39,478 bases of DNA from Nemertoderma westbladi. Taxonomy: Eukaryota; Animalia; Xenacoelomorpha. Numbering within the stretch: the first letter of the stretch is position 1; each line of letters starts with the position of its first letter. Position numbers and translations under genes: made by a program. The stretch spans positions 1 through 39,478 of the forward strand of contig JAUCBJ010006396.1 of assembly GCA_032718475.1 (NCBI GenBank), read 5' to 3'. A model generated the notes under the pieces. It searched no databases. It worked only from the letters and a program-made list of their open reading frames with translations, and was not told the DNA's origin. Below are positions 25,722-35,217 of the stretch, in pieces.

Positions 25722-26094
25722 AGGACAAGGACTGCTCTTAGCGGTCCCTGGCCAACAGCAGTTATTACGAGCCTGAAAAGGACATCGGAAAGTCTGCTGC
25801 TTCCTGCTTGTGTCAGGGATTTGCGACGGGAAACGACGACAGACTCCTAGCCAAGCCGTACTGGTTCTCGATGATCGATCCCTTCGGGGTTCGGGAGGGG
25901 TGGTACGGACACGCGAAAGGGCGGCCGACTAACAGAGGAAGGGTTTGACGAGGACTGCCCTTAGCGGTCTCTGGTCAACAGCAGTTATTACGAGCCTGAA
26001 AAGGACATCGGAAAGTCTGCTGCTTGTGCCAGGGATTTGCGACGGGAACCGACGACAGCCCCCTTAGCCAAGCCAAGCCGTACTGGTTCTCGAT
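25722..26094. repeat. GC-rich direct repeat: two ~150-bp copies with a ~225-bp period
   Basis: aggactgc.cttagcggtc.ctgg.caacagcagttattacgagcctgaaaaggacatcggaaagtctgctgctt...gccaagccgtactggttctcgat at ~25727 and ~25951. Confidence 0.85.
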
Positions 26095-26116
26095 CTATTA
26101 ATTTTAACACTTTAAC

Positions 26117-26228
26117 TGGGGGGCAAGTGTCCGGGGGCAAGTGTCCGGGGGGGAAGTGTCCGGGGGGGAAGTGTCCGGGGGGAAAGTGTCCGGGGGGGAA
26201 GTGTCCGGGGGGGAAGTGTCCTAGATCC
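26117..26228 (-). mobile_element. Single arm of a foldback MITE (15-bp repeats), terminus GGATCTAGGACA
   Basis: (ggggg.aagtgtcc.)x7 ending ctagatcc; same terminal style as GGATGTAGGACA at 3557; source of the PPGHF repeat in ORF 25988-26386. Confidence 0.7.
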
Positions 26229-26456
26229 ATTTTAAAGACCTCAGGGGGAACACCATCTACTCTACTGGCACGATTGGTCTTAATGCTCTTTGCAGCAGCC
26301 TTCACTTCTGCAAAGGAGATATCGCCAATGGGAATATCTGGGAGTACAGACTCAGACACTTTTACTTCTATAAAGTTATCATGCAATACCCTGTCATTAT
26401 TGAGGAGCTTTTCAAAGTGGGCCTTCCAACCATTGAGGCGATCGGCTGGTGATTCT
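26229..26456 (-). mobile_element. Short internal fragment of the RTE family found at 30037-31858
   Basis: Near-identical to 31577-31787 (ESPADRLNGWKAHFEKLL...GVPPEVFK). Confidence 0.88.
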
Positions 26457-26471
26457 GGCTATCGGCTACTT

Positions 26472-26488
26472 GCCGCCCCCTGGCGGAC
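26472..26488 (-). promoter_or_regulatory. CTCF-like motif
   Basis: Minus strand GTCCGCCAGGGGGCGGC resembles the CTCF core CCAC/GCAGGGGGCGC. Motif match only. Confidence 0.35.
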
Positions 26489-27107
26489 ACCTACTGTAGT
26501 AATTATAATAGCCGTACGCAATATTGTCTTGGTACCTCTGTATAAGGTATGTAAGGCGAGTAACAATTGTTTTCCACATCCGTGTGAACTTACAGTAAAT
26601 GTTCTAACAATTTCCTTCAGGGCATGCGGTCGTATACTTTGCTAAATTCGATAAATACGACATATAATTTATATTTTTTATATGTACAGCAAGATAAGTA
26701 GCCGTAAACCGATAATTTGTTCCAAGCACCCCCTGTGTGCCTGTCCACCTGCCTGGCAACAATCTATTGACCACCACTTTAGAAGTCTAGCGTTAATCAT
26801 GTCATACAGAGTTTGGCTAGAGTTGTAGATAGACTTATACCCCGGGCGTTACCGCAAATATTTGGTTTCCGGGATTTAATTATGGTTATGAGTTTAGTAT
26901 AAGCCCACCTACTAGGGACCCACTGAAAGGTAAAAACTAGATTAAACACTGTAAGAAAAAATAGTAGCCAGTTCCCTGGTAACAATACAAACCACCGCGG
27001 ATCAATCCCTATATAATACAATACGTTGGCCTACTACAGCAGATAACAAAAATACATAAATATTGTGGTAGAGAGTCGATGTCCATAGTCAAAGATCTCC
27101 TAACAGA

Positions 27108-27236
27108 TCAACAGCTGCGGCCGCATTTATATGTAGTTCCAGACAACGGTCTCCAGTAATAGCCACCCGCATCCCATTCCTGAATTTCCTCCTCATCGCA
27201 TGCTCCGTTAAAGCATTCCTCTTTATAGTGTACATT
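27108..27236 (-). CDS. Gene A, last coding exon: Gla-like, Cys-rich mature peptide
   Basis: Acceptor ttttgttgttcttttag| then NVHYKEECFNGACDEEEIQEWDAGGYYWRPLSGTTYKCGRSC-TGA. Phase-0 join to the upstream exon; paralogous to 35101-35217. Not in the ORF track. Confidence 0.88.
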   Translation of the reverse strand, partial: NVHYKEECFNGACDEEEIQEWDAGGYYWRPLSGTTYKCGRSC

Positions 27237-27375
27237 CTAAAAGAACAACAAAATCGTATCGTTGTCATTCATTTACATTATACTGTAGCTACTGTATGAT
27301 ATTCACTTCTAGTGTTTCATTGTTAACAACCAATAAACACTTTTCATTTATCTCATTGGCGGTTCTTATACAAAC

Positions 27376-27576
27376 CTTCGAGCAACATTCCGTACAAGTA
27401 TCTCCATATTTGACAAATTTGCAATATTTCCTATTATACGTCTCTCCATGTCGTTTTGTTGCGGACAGGTACCCATCAGCTTCAGACTTGTCAACATCAT
27501 GGTGAGTAAATTTCCCACCAAGCAGGGTCATCCAGGTGTTTAACAGCACGATAGATAATATCAACTTCAAGTTCAT
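27376..27576 (-). CDS. Gene A, first coding exon: secreted Cys-rich prepropeptide (109 aa when spliced)
   Basis: MNLKLILSIVLLNTWMTLLGGKFTHHDVDKSEADGYLSATKR|HGETYNRKYCKFVKYGDTCTECCSK, then donor AAG|GTTTGT; 139-nt GT-AG intron 27375-27237. Similarity with gene B stops at this donor. Confidence 0.9.
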
Positions 27577-28084
27577 TTTTAAGTTCTAATCTAATATCAC
27601 AGAAATTTTTAAATTTAAATATTTAAAATTAAATTTTTTTACTATTGTAATTGAATACTTAATTACAATTATGTCTATCCTGAGGCGATCAGAGTATAAT
27701 TTAACATGAGTTTATTCCACTAGAGTGATATGTGAGGCGAATAGAGTTGGAACTGCGAGCCATCAGCGAACGGATATGATTATACTAGGCGCGGTAATAA
27801 TAGAAGTAGAGGAAATATTTTTTACTGGGCAGCAGTAGAGCTTGTGCTGCTATTTGGCACTCCATGTTGGGATCTTACTGAATAAGTCACCGCTGTATTG
27901 ATTGTACTGTAGGCGAGCTCTTGTACCAAAACCCAGAACTACCCTACAGACACAAGGGGGGGTGGGGGGATGGGGGGGGGGGGGTATATATCAATAAAAT
28001 ACCACACTAAAAATATATTCCGGGGCATGTATAGGCCGCATATGAGGGACCGATATATATATATATATGTCAGTGAGATATAAG

Positions 28085-28345
28085 AAACAAATTTACAGGT
28101 ATATTTTTGGTGTGGCAGTTGTCTGAGTTATTTATAAATTCGAAAATTATAGCAATTCTACTTTACTGTAGGCCTACCTACAATCTTTTGGAGTGATACA
28201 AACATACTAAGTGCTTACCGATATAGTGTTATTTTCCTATAGGGGAACATGTAAAGTACTTTATGAAACAACCTTCTGTATGCATTTATTAACAAATTAA
28301 AGCCTAATGTTTTATGTAACTTGTGTCTGTCACTGGTATACAGAA
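28085..28345 (-). promoter_or_regulatory. Putative promoter and 5' non-coding exon of gene A
   Basis: Inverted homologue of 28850-29220; CATAAAA at 28316-28310; candidate donor CG|GTAAGC at 28218. Confidence 0.5.
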
Positions 28346-28849
28346 CAGATTGTGTCCATTTGGTAAGATAGCCTACTTAAGTGATGTATGTTAGTGGTTT
28401 AGAAAAGCCAGCAGTGCAATAGGAAGCTGTCTTCTGCTGGGAGAGCAAATAAAAGCTTTGACAAAAAAAACTCATAAACGCGTCAATGGCTGAAGAGATC
28501 GGTTGAGAGGATAAACCTTTTATCGTTGAATTAATCATGTTTATCAATTTATGGAGAGGAGCCGGTTTCAGTGTCATGTTATTAAAAAAGCCATAAATGG
28601 CCAGAGTCAATCAGAGGCTAGAGTAATATTTGCTCGTTATCAGCTGTTCGTTATTAACATCTATTTTCCCCTGCAGAGGAATTTTGATTGCGTCAACAGC
28701 AAAATAAACTGGAAAAAAGTTTCATTTTTAGACGACTACCGTTACCGACAGGCAAGTCAACAGTGAATGCAGCGCACACAATATCGAGTCAATAAGTCGA
28801 GATGTTTTTCAAACACTAAGTGGATAAGATGTTCCGTTGTCGTTGTTAT

Positions 28850-29220
28850 CCTGTATACAGTGTCAGACACAAGCCTGTTATATAAAACAAGGCTTTAATA
28901 AGTGATAAACTGTTTCTTGCATACAGTTTCAGTAAGGTGCAAGTTCACTCCCTCCGGCGGCAGCCAGCACTATGTCGGAATACGCTGTGTTGTACAGTAG
29001 TCTCTTCTCTTTTAGAAGGTCACAGATGCAGCAGCCTACTGTACGATAGGATAATTATTTGAATATTAAAAGAAATACATCTGCCACGCGACATGATCAG
29101 GTTTGGTGCAGTTTATACTTTGTATACAGTAACAGTAGTTCATTCACATTCACAAGTGTCTACTAGCGTTTGTGAATATATTTTAATGTACGATTTCCAT
29201 TAAAATATACCTCTAATTAT
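28850..29220 (+). promoter_or_regulatory. Putative promoter and 5' region of gene B
   Basis: ctgtatacagtgtcagacacaag..gttaTATAAAAcaaggctttaat mirrors the gene A copy; TATAAAA at 28881-28887. Confidence 0.5.
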
Positions 29221-29599
29221 ATTTATTTGAATCAAACAAACTTAAATAAGTTTTATATAACCTTGGTATAATATGTTTGCTATATAATTTGCACTTTTTT
29301 AGTCTCACACTGGAGTGATTAGTGAAATTATAATACATGTGAATAGTAAATTAATAAATAATATAATAATTGATATAATTATAATTGATAATTGTGGCAA
29401 GGAATTGGTTAAAGTGAAGGCTATTCTAACCAAAACAATAAACTAAGAGTCATATGAGCACAAGTTTCCGTTTCATTTTGTCACTGTCGGTTGGTTGTGT
29501 TGTCAGTTGTCGGTGTAACGTTTACGCACTAGGCCAGGTCAACTGTGAAGTATATCGAGAGTAGGAAAGGTCGTTACTACATTAAACTATGAGCCTTTT

Positions 29600-29765
29600 A
29601 CATGGAAAAGCCCTGGGGACAAACATTAGGGATACTGTAGCCCAATTGGAATTAAAATGTCAGTTGGGTAGAGCATAGCGAAGTCGGCAATGACGTCCAG
29701 GTGGGATCGAACTGGATACCTCCAGGATGGATTTCTGTCGCTCTAATCATTGCGCTAGCGACTCG
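29600..29765 (-). mobile_element. tRNA-derived SINE head
   Basis: Minus strand A-box-like TAGCGCAATGA (29757-29747) and B-box GTTCGATCC (29712-29704) at tRNA-like spacing; no intact cloverleaf. Left boundary approximate. Confidence 0.55.
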
Positions 29766-30036
29766 GGTAAAAAGTTGTCTTGGAAATGCTACCTACCTTG
29801 TATGTCCGTAATTGTAGTCCTAAAGGCCTCCAATCTGTCAATACCAACATCATCTGCAACAATCAACGACAATTACAATAACATGAAACCATTAATTCAC
29901 CCAAACTTCCAATATCAAAATGTATTTGGTCGTTTACAATAAATTACAAATATAATTGTAAATTATGTAATATAATAGTAAACAATAATAAGTAAAAAAT
30001 AACCAATTGTCTGATAATAAATTATTAGAACTATAC

Positions 30037-31858
30037 TACTACTACTACTACTAGGAACGGCATGCTGCATTGCAGCTGCATTTTTAAGAATGCTGTGCCG
30101 GCTTATCGACAAAATTGCACCGCCACAACTCCCTATCACCCATGACATTTGCTAGATCATCCGCATCTTCAAGTCCAGTGTCCTTTAAGATGCGTCTCAA
30201 GAAAGTCATGGGCTGTCCACCATGATTATTCACTCCATGAGGCTGCCAAAGTACAAGATTATGCACTGGCTGGTCCTCACGGCGAAAGCAATGTCCTACA
30301 AAGCGGAGGCGATTTTGTTCTAGTGTCAAGCTTGGGGGAACCAATGAGACACCTCCAATGTTATATAGTGTCTGGTTAGAGATGTGTGCATTGTACTTGA
30401 CACAATGAACCCGGCGTAGCATTCTTGTGAATGTGCCATCCAGAGATTTGGTGTCCTCAGCAGTTAGAGCCCAGCATGGACTCCCATAGAGGAGTACTGG
30501 AACTACTGCTGCTCTAAATAATCGGACCTTAAGTTTCCGATTATTTCTCGGTGACTTCCAAATCCTGGAAAGCCTATTCAAGGCTGCCCATGCCTTTCCG
30601 TTACGTATTCGAAGGTCCTCACCTGACTTCCGGATCCATGATCCCAGGTAACAGAAGTCATCCACATGCTCAAGCATACCATCTTTTGAGCTTATGCTCA
30701 TCCGATCAGAGACTTGCTGAGGACTTTCAAAGTTAACTGTCAAAATTTTGGTCTTTCTGGAGTTAATAAAAAGACCAACACTAGAAGCAGCATGTTCTAA
30801 TGAGCTGAGGAGCCGTTGGGCTCCCTCTAGTGATTCTAAGAGTACTCCTAAGTCATCAGCAAAGTCTAGATCAGTTAGGTACTTGGCAGGATTTCCTCGA
30901 CTTCTGGAGCCAGTAGGTGGAGTTATCATCATCCCATCATCATTATGATGATCTAAGGACATGCGTAGAACATAGTCAACAACAATTATGAACAAGAATG
31001 GTGCGTAGAACATAGTCAACAACAATTATGAACAAGAATGGTGCAAGTGTGTCTCCCTGGAGGACACCCCATAACACTTCAAATGGTTCAGTGTCACCTT
31101 CAACAGTAGACACAAATGTTATCGAACCATCGTATACTGATCTGATTGCTGCAATAATTTCATCAGGAATCCCATATAATGAAAGTATGCTGAACATACG
31201 TGAGCGAGAGACTGAATCAAAGGCCTTTAAGAAGTCAACAAAGATAACAGCCAGATGCCTGTCTTTCTTTTTTGATAACTCTTCAATTATCCTTCTAAGT
31301 GCCAAAATGGGCTCCATGGTCCCCCGACCTTTACGGAACCTATTCTGATTTCCACGGAGCAGTCTCTCAATGGGATCCCTGATGCGATTTAGTAGAATTC
31401 TATTGTATAGCTTTGCAGCAATCGAGATCAATGAGATTCCCCGAAAAGAACCATAGAGTGTTAGGTTGCCCTTCTTGGGAACTGGCACCAACCTATTTGT
31501 TTTCATTTCTTGTGGGACTCTTGTTGTTCGGTACATGTCTACTATGATGGGATAGATGAGCTTTAAACACTCAGGTATTTTAAAGACCGCAGGGGGAACA
31601 CCATCTACTCCACTGGCACGATTGGTCTTAATGCTCTTTGCAGCAGCCTTCACTTCTGCAAAGGAGATATCACCAATATCTGGTAGTACAGACTCAGACA
31701 CTTTTACTTCTATAAAGTTATCAGGCAATACCCTGTCATTATTGAGGAGCTTTTCAAAGTGGGCCTTCCAACCATTGAGGTGATTCAGCCTTAACCTTGG
31801 TGGTTGGTTGGCTTTTTCGACCAGCAAGCAAGTTGATCTAGTTGTTCCATTCTGACAA
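30037..31858 (-). mobile_element. 5'-truncated RTE-type LINE (RT domain), with 13-bp TSD and (TAG)n tail
   Basis: RT motifs FRGISL, QNRFRKGRGT, FVDFLKAFDSV, GVLQGDTLAP, LDFADD, FCYLGS; tail actactact at 30035-30053; TSD ATTAGAACTATAC at 30024-30036 and 31859-31871; frameshifting 40-bp tandem duplication (30962/31002) and a small deletion at ~31780 relative to the 26229-26456 copy. Confidence 0.95.
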
Positions 31859-31874
31859 ATTAGAACTATACAAA

Positions 31875-32063
31875 ATGAAGTTTCAGTTGATATTAACTAT
31901 CGTGCTGTTAAACATCTGGATGACCCTTGGTGGGAAGCTTATTCATCGTGATATTGACAAATCTGAGGCTGATGGGTACCTGGATGCAACAAAGCGACAT
32001 TACCCAGGTGGTTGCAGGGCTTGGGGTGGAATGGGATATTCATGTACGAAATGTTGCTCGAAG
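31875..32063 (+). CDS. Gene B, first coding exon: secreted Cys-rich prepropeptide (101 aa when spliced)
   Basis: MKFQLILTIVLLNIWMTLGGKLIHRDIDKSEADGYLDATKR|HYPGGCRAWGGMGYSCTKCCSK, then donor AAG|GTTAGT; 31 of 42 signal+pro positions identical to gene A. Confidence 0.9.
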
Positions 32064-32370
32064 GTTAGTATAATATTATAGTATATAGATAATAGAAGGG
32101 GGTGGTCTATTGTTTCAGTTTGATGTCACTGTCTTGTTTTACGTTTACGTGTTCTTGTGGCTCATTTATTGCGGACGCGGTCTAGATGGGAGTTTAATCC
32201 AATAGCCACGTACCCCTTGCTGAATTCTTAAGTAACATTATATGACTATGACATGATACTTCATTACGATAAATTAGGTAGTATCGCGCTAGAAACCTTA
32301 ACTGTAAGCTGATGGTGCTTTATTTAATTAATGAGGACCAGTTGATTTATTACTGGGAGCAAAACTTGGG

Positions 32371-34934
32371 ATAGGAGTAGCGCCCACCCCTACCTTCGGG
32401 TAGCAGATATGAGTAGCGCCCACCCCTACCTTCGGGTAGCAGATAGGAGTAGCGCCCGCCCCTACCTTCGGGTAGTAGATAGGAGTAGTGCCCACCCCTA
32501 CCTTCGGGTAGCAGATAGGAGTAGCGCCCGCCCCAACCTACAGGTAGCAGATAGGAGTAGCGCCCACCCCTACCTTCGGGTAGCAGATAGGAGTAGCGCC
32601 CACCCCCTACCTTCGGGTAGCAGATAGGAGTAGCGCCCACCCCTACCTTCGGGTAGCAGATATGAGTAGCGCCCACCACTACCTTCGGGTAGCAGATAGG
32701 AGTAGCGCCCGCCCCAACCTACAGGTAGCAGATAGGAGTAGCGCCCACCCCTACCTTCGGGTAGCAGATAGGAGTAGCGCCCACCCCTACCTTCGGGTAG
32801 CAGATAGGAGTAGCGCCCAACCCCTACCTTCGGGTAGCAGATAGGAGTAGCACCCACCCCTACCTTCGGGTAGCAGATATGAGTAGCGCCCACCCCTACC
32901 TTCGGGTAGCAGATAGGAGTAGCGCCCGCCCCTACCTTCGGGTAGTAGATAGGAGTAGTGCCCACCCCTACCTTCGGGTAGCAGATAGGAGTAGCGCCCG
33001 CCCCAACCTACAGGTAGCAGATAGGAGTAGCGCCCACCCCTACCTTCGGGTAGCAGATAGGAGTAGCGCCCACCCCCTACCTTCGGGTAGCAGATAGGAG
33101 TAGCGCCCACCCCTACCTTCGGGTAGCAGATATGAGTAGCGCCCACCACTACCTTAGGGTAGCAGATAGGAGTAGCGCCCGCCCCAACCTACAGGTAGCA
33201 GATAGGAGTAGCGCCCACCCCTACCTTCGGGTAGCAGATAAGAGTAGCGCCCACCCCTACCTTCGGGTAGCAGATAGGAGTAGCACCCGCCCCAACCTAC
33301 AGGTAGCAGATAGGAGTAGCGCCCACCCCTACCTTCGGGTAGCAGATAGGAGTAGCGCCCACCCCCTACCTTCGGGTAGCAGATAGCAGTAGCGCCCACC
33401 CCTACCTTCGGGTAGCAGATATGAGTAGCGCCCACCCCTACCTTCGGGTAGCAGATAGGAGTAGCGCCCACCACTACCTTCGGGTAGCAGATAGGAGTAG
33501 CGCCCGCCCCAACTTACAGGTAGCAGATATCAGTAGCGCCCACCCCTACCTTCGGGTAGCAGATAAGAGTAGCGCCCACGACCTTCGGGTAGCAGATAGG
33601 AGTAGCGCCCGCCCCAACCTACAGGTAGCAGATAGGAGTAGCGCCCACCCCTACCTTCGGGTAGCAGATAGGAGTAGCGCCCACCCCCTACCTTCGGGTA
33701 GCAGATAGGAGTAGCGCCCACCCCTACCTACGGGTAGCAGATATGAGTAGCGCCCACCACTACCTTCGGGTAGCAGATAGGAGTAGCGCCCACCACTACC
33801 TTCGGGTAGCAGATAGGCGTAGCGCCCACCACTACCCTCGGGTAACAGATAGGAGTAGCGCCCACCTCTGCCTTCGGGTAGCAGATAAGAGTAGCGCCCA
33901 CCCCTACCTTCGGGTAGCAGATAGGAGTAGCACCCACCCCTACCTTCGGGTAGCAGATAGGAGAAGCGCCCACCCCTACCTTCGGGTAGCAGATAGGAGT
34001 AGCGCCCACCCCTACCTTCGGGTAGCTGATAAGAGTAGCGCCCACCACTACCTTCGGGTAGCAGATAGGAGTAGCGCCCACCCCTACCTTCGGGTAGCAG
34101 ATAAGAGTAGCGCCCACCCCTACCCTCTGGTAGCAGATATGAGTAGCGCCCACCCCTACCTTCGGGTAGCAGATAGGAGTAGCGCCCACCACTACCTTCG
34201 GGTAGCAGATAGGAGTAGCGCCCACCCCCTACCTTCGGGTAGCAGATAGTAGCGCCCACCCCTACCTTCGGGTAGCAGATAGGAGTAGCGCCCACCCCCT
34301 ACCTTCGGGTAGCAGATAGGAGTAGCGCCCACCCCTACGTTCGAGTAGCAGATAGGAGTAGCGCCCACCCCTACCTTCGGGTAGCTGATAGGAGTAGCGC
34401 AATCCCTACCTTCGGGTAGCAGATAGGAGTAGCGCCCACCCCTACCTTCGGGTAGCAGATAGGAGTAGCGCCCACCCCTACCTTCGGGTAGCAGATAGGA
34501 GTAGCGCCCACCCCCTACCTTCGGGTAGCAGATAGGAGTAGCGCCCACCCCTACCTTTGGGTAGCAGATAGGAGTAGCGCCCACCCCCTACCTTCGGGTA
34601 GCAGATAGGAGTAGCGCCCACCCCCTACCTTCGGGTAGCAGATAGGAGTAGCGCCCACCCCTACCTTCGGGTAGCAGATAGGAGTAGCGCCCACCCCCTA
34701 CCTTCGGGTAGCAGATAGGAGTAGCGCAATCCCTACCTTCGGGTAGCAGATAGGAGTAGCGCCCACCCCTACCTTCGGGTAGCAGATAGGAGTAGCGCCC
34801 ACCCCCTACCTTCGGGTAGCAGATAGGAGTAGCGCCCACCCCCTACCTTCGGGTAGCAGATAGGAGTAGCGCCCACCCCTACCTTCGGGTAGCAGATAGG
34901 AGTAGCGCCCACCCCTACCTTCGGGTAGCAGATA
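32371..34934. repeat. 36-bp intronic satellite, ~70 units, each with a CTACC-TTCG-GGTAG hairpin
   Basis: Unit GGAGTAGCGCCCACCCCTACCTTCGGGTAGCAGATA; 470-bp higher-order duplication (32409/32879, 32662/33132); explains ORFs 32350-34839. Confidence 0.97.
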
Positions 34935-35100
34935 TCGAAAGAGGAGCCATCGGAATGAATAATTTATTATGTTTAGTATATCATAATATCTGCTTATTAG
35001 AGTTAAGTGAAGGTTAAGCGGTCAGATGAACTGCGAGATGGTAGAGTAGAAAATTAAATATTGCTAATAATTATAATTTTGGAGTTTGCTTTTATTCTAG

Positions 35101-35217
35101 AACGGACACTATAGATACGACTGCAGTAATGGAGCGTGTGATGAGGAGGAAGTTGATGAATGGGATAGAGGAGGCTATTATTGGCCTGTGTCATATAAAT
35201 GCGGTCGACGCTGTTGA
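35101..35217 (+). CDS. Gene B, last coding exon: Gla-like, Cys-rich mature peptide
   Basis: Acceptor tttgcttttattctag| then NGHYRYDCSNGACDEEEVDEWDRGGYYWPVSYKCGRRC-TGA; 3037-nt intron 32064-35100; first 3'UTR bases also resemble gene A; AATAAA at 35434-35439. Confidence 0.88.
   Translation, partial: NGHYRYDCSNGACDEEEVDEWDRGGYYWPVSYKCGRRC

Noticed and set aside
25988-26645. PPGHF / GGKCP repeat proteins
   Set aside because: Chimera of a MITE arm and a LINE fragment.
27289-27375. C-terminal VCIRTANE... of the unspliced gene A ORF (and VSIIL in gene B)
   Set aside because: Intron read-through; paralogue similarity ends at the GT donor and resumes at the next exon.
29695-29765. Functional tRNA gene
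   Set aside because: A and B boxes are present but stems are not intact; better explained as a SINE head.
30084-31827. Retron, DGR or group II intron RT, or programmed frameshift
   Set aside because: Motifs, TSD and (TAG)n tail indicate a non-LTR element; the frame change comes from a 40-bp duplication.
31842-31874. N-terminal extension MFHSDKLELYK of gene B
   Set aside because: Non-ATG start in antisense LINE and TSD sequence; the homologous ATG is at 31875.
32350-34839. Repetitive GGRYSYLLPEGR / GATPICYPKVGV structural proteins
   Set aside because: Open only because the unit is 36 bp; frequent 1-bp indels, open on both strands, and inside the gene B intron.
27108-35217. Naming the peptides conotoxins, defensins or coagulation factors
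   Set aside because: Only the cysteine pattern and short motifs match; no recognisable full-length homology and no EGF or protease domains.
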